Virus record (IMG/VR): IMGVR_UViG_3300022923_000027
Span: 1-45,786 of that record
DNA from: a virus
Taxonomy: Duplodnaviria; Caudoviricetes
Direction: 5' to 3' (one strand)
DNA: 45,786 nt
Shown here: in pieces, positions 45,038-45,786 of the stretch
How positions within the stretch are numbered: the first letter of the stretch is position 1
Layout of the letters: the number at the start of each line of letters is the position of its first letter
The notes under the pieces: generated by a model
Told to the model about the DNA's origin: nothing
Database searches by the model: none
Seen by the model: the letters and a program-made list of their open reading frames with translations, nothing else
Translations under genes and position numbers: made by a program

Positions 45038-45700
45038 ATGGCAAAAAGAATACTACCATACCGTGACTACAGTGAACATGACGTTTTGAATTTGTTCTCT
45101 TTAGATACATCTGCTGAAGCAGCTGGCTTTGCTGGTTGGACAGAAGCTGCATCTGGAGATCATGATTCTGGTGTTGTGGTCAAAGTAAAAACAGGTGAAC
45201 TGCCCGGTGATCTGCCTGGTGGACTTAGCGAGCATGCTTCTGGCGATGAGCTTAGAAAGTATCTCGGAGCAAGTCCAACAAGTGCACACATCGGATACAA
45301 TGCATACCCCTATAACGGTATGACAGTTGAACCTGCTGACGCTGGCGACGTAGCCGTAGGAATCACATTGCGTGAAACCTTGGCGTACGACGAAAATGGA
45401 GAAAAACTTCTCTATTATAAACAAAAACTTGATGAAGCACAAGCAGTTCTTCCTGGTCAAACAGTTCCTGTTTTGACTCGTGGACTCGTTCTTCTTGATT
45501 CCTCAGCTTTTGGCGTAGTACCAACTGCAGTAGGAGCGAAATTATATCTCGCCGCAGGCGGAAAATTAAGTGCTGCTACAAGCGACTGGAATGATGACGG
45601 CGACGATGGAACAACTCCAGAAGTGGCTGACACTCGTTCGTTCGGAACAGTTTTAGCTTTATCCGGATCAGACAAGTTTCTCTGCAAAATCAGCTTCTAA
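45038..45700 (+). CDS. head decoration/cement-like protein
   Basis: Between protease and capsid; GI.L...V.PGQ.VPVLTRG, G.KLY....GKL. Confidence 0.6.
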   Translation: MAKRILPYRDYSEHDVLNLFSLDTSAEAAGFAGWTEAASGDHDSGVVVKVKTGELPGDLPGGLSEHASGDELRKYLGASPTSAHIGYNAYPYNGMTVEPADAGDVAVGITLRETLAYDENGEKLLYYKQKLDEAQAVLPGQTVPVLTRGLVLLDSSAFGVVPTAVGAKLYLAAGGKLSAATSDWNDDGDDGTTPEVADTRSFGTVLALSGSDKFLCKISF

Positions 45701-45718
45701 GAAAGGAAATTTAATATA

Positions 45719-45786
45719 ATGAAAATTACTTTAGAAAGAACACCCGAGCAAGTCGAGCTTATCAAAGCTATGGCTTCGAAGAATCG
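45719..45786 (+). CDS. probable major capsid protein, 5' fragment (MKITLERTPEQVELIKAMASKN...)
   Basis: Open to the window end, AAGGA upstream, position after protease and decoration genes. Confidence 0.5.
   Translation, partial: MKITLERTPEQVELIKAMASKN

Noticed and set aside
1-45786. Alternative genetic code suggested by the many short ORFs
   Set aside because: Ligase, terminase, rIIA and PhoH are full-length in code 11, and TAA, TAG and TGA all end genes that abut the next start.

Overview
This is a 45.8 kb segment of a large, AT-rich tailed dsDNA phage genome, and it falls into three parts. (1) 1-23,640, + strand: an early/accessory arm of mostly tiny ORFs plus rIIA/rIIB, two HhH-GPD glycosylase-like genes, a minimal kinase-like gene, ATP-dependent DNA ligase, GIY-YIG, DUF932 and GP88-like genes. 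These are driven by many sigma70-type promoters that often sit 6-7 nt before the ATG (leaderless). (2) 23,983-28,955, - strand: a convergent accessory arm with tiny ORFs, an HNH gene and tRNA-Ile(GAT). (3) 29,265-end, mostly + strand: PhoH, a 1060-aa HEXXH protein, three tail-like paralogues, a putative lysis trio, a phage sigma factor, an ERCC4 nuclease, terminase large subunit, prohead protease/scaffold, a head decoration-like protein and the start of the probable major capsid gene. The most striking unexplained structure is a family of nine dispersed ~77-bp dyad elements between 17,995 and 28,269. Each has two ~25-bp palindromes resembling inverted IHF cores, separated by an invariant 27-bp spacer with a CCTAGG-like centre. 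They cut the accessory region into promoter-bearing gene cassettes, several with duplicated microgenes. The window also holds a manA-like structured RNA, an unrecognised 103-nt T-loop four-way-junction RNA with complementary loops, an MraZ-box-like array and a GTGTA late-promoter motif. All protein calls come from motif recognition by eye, not database searches.
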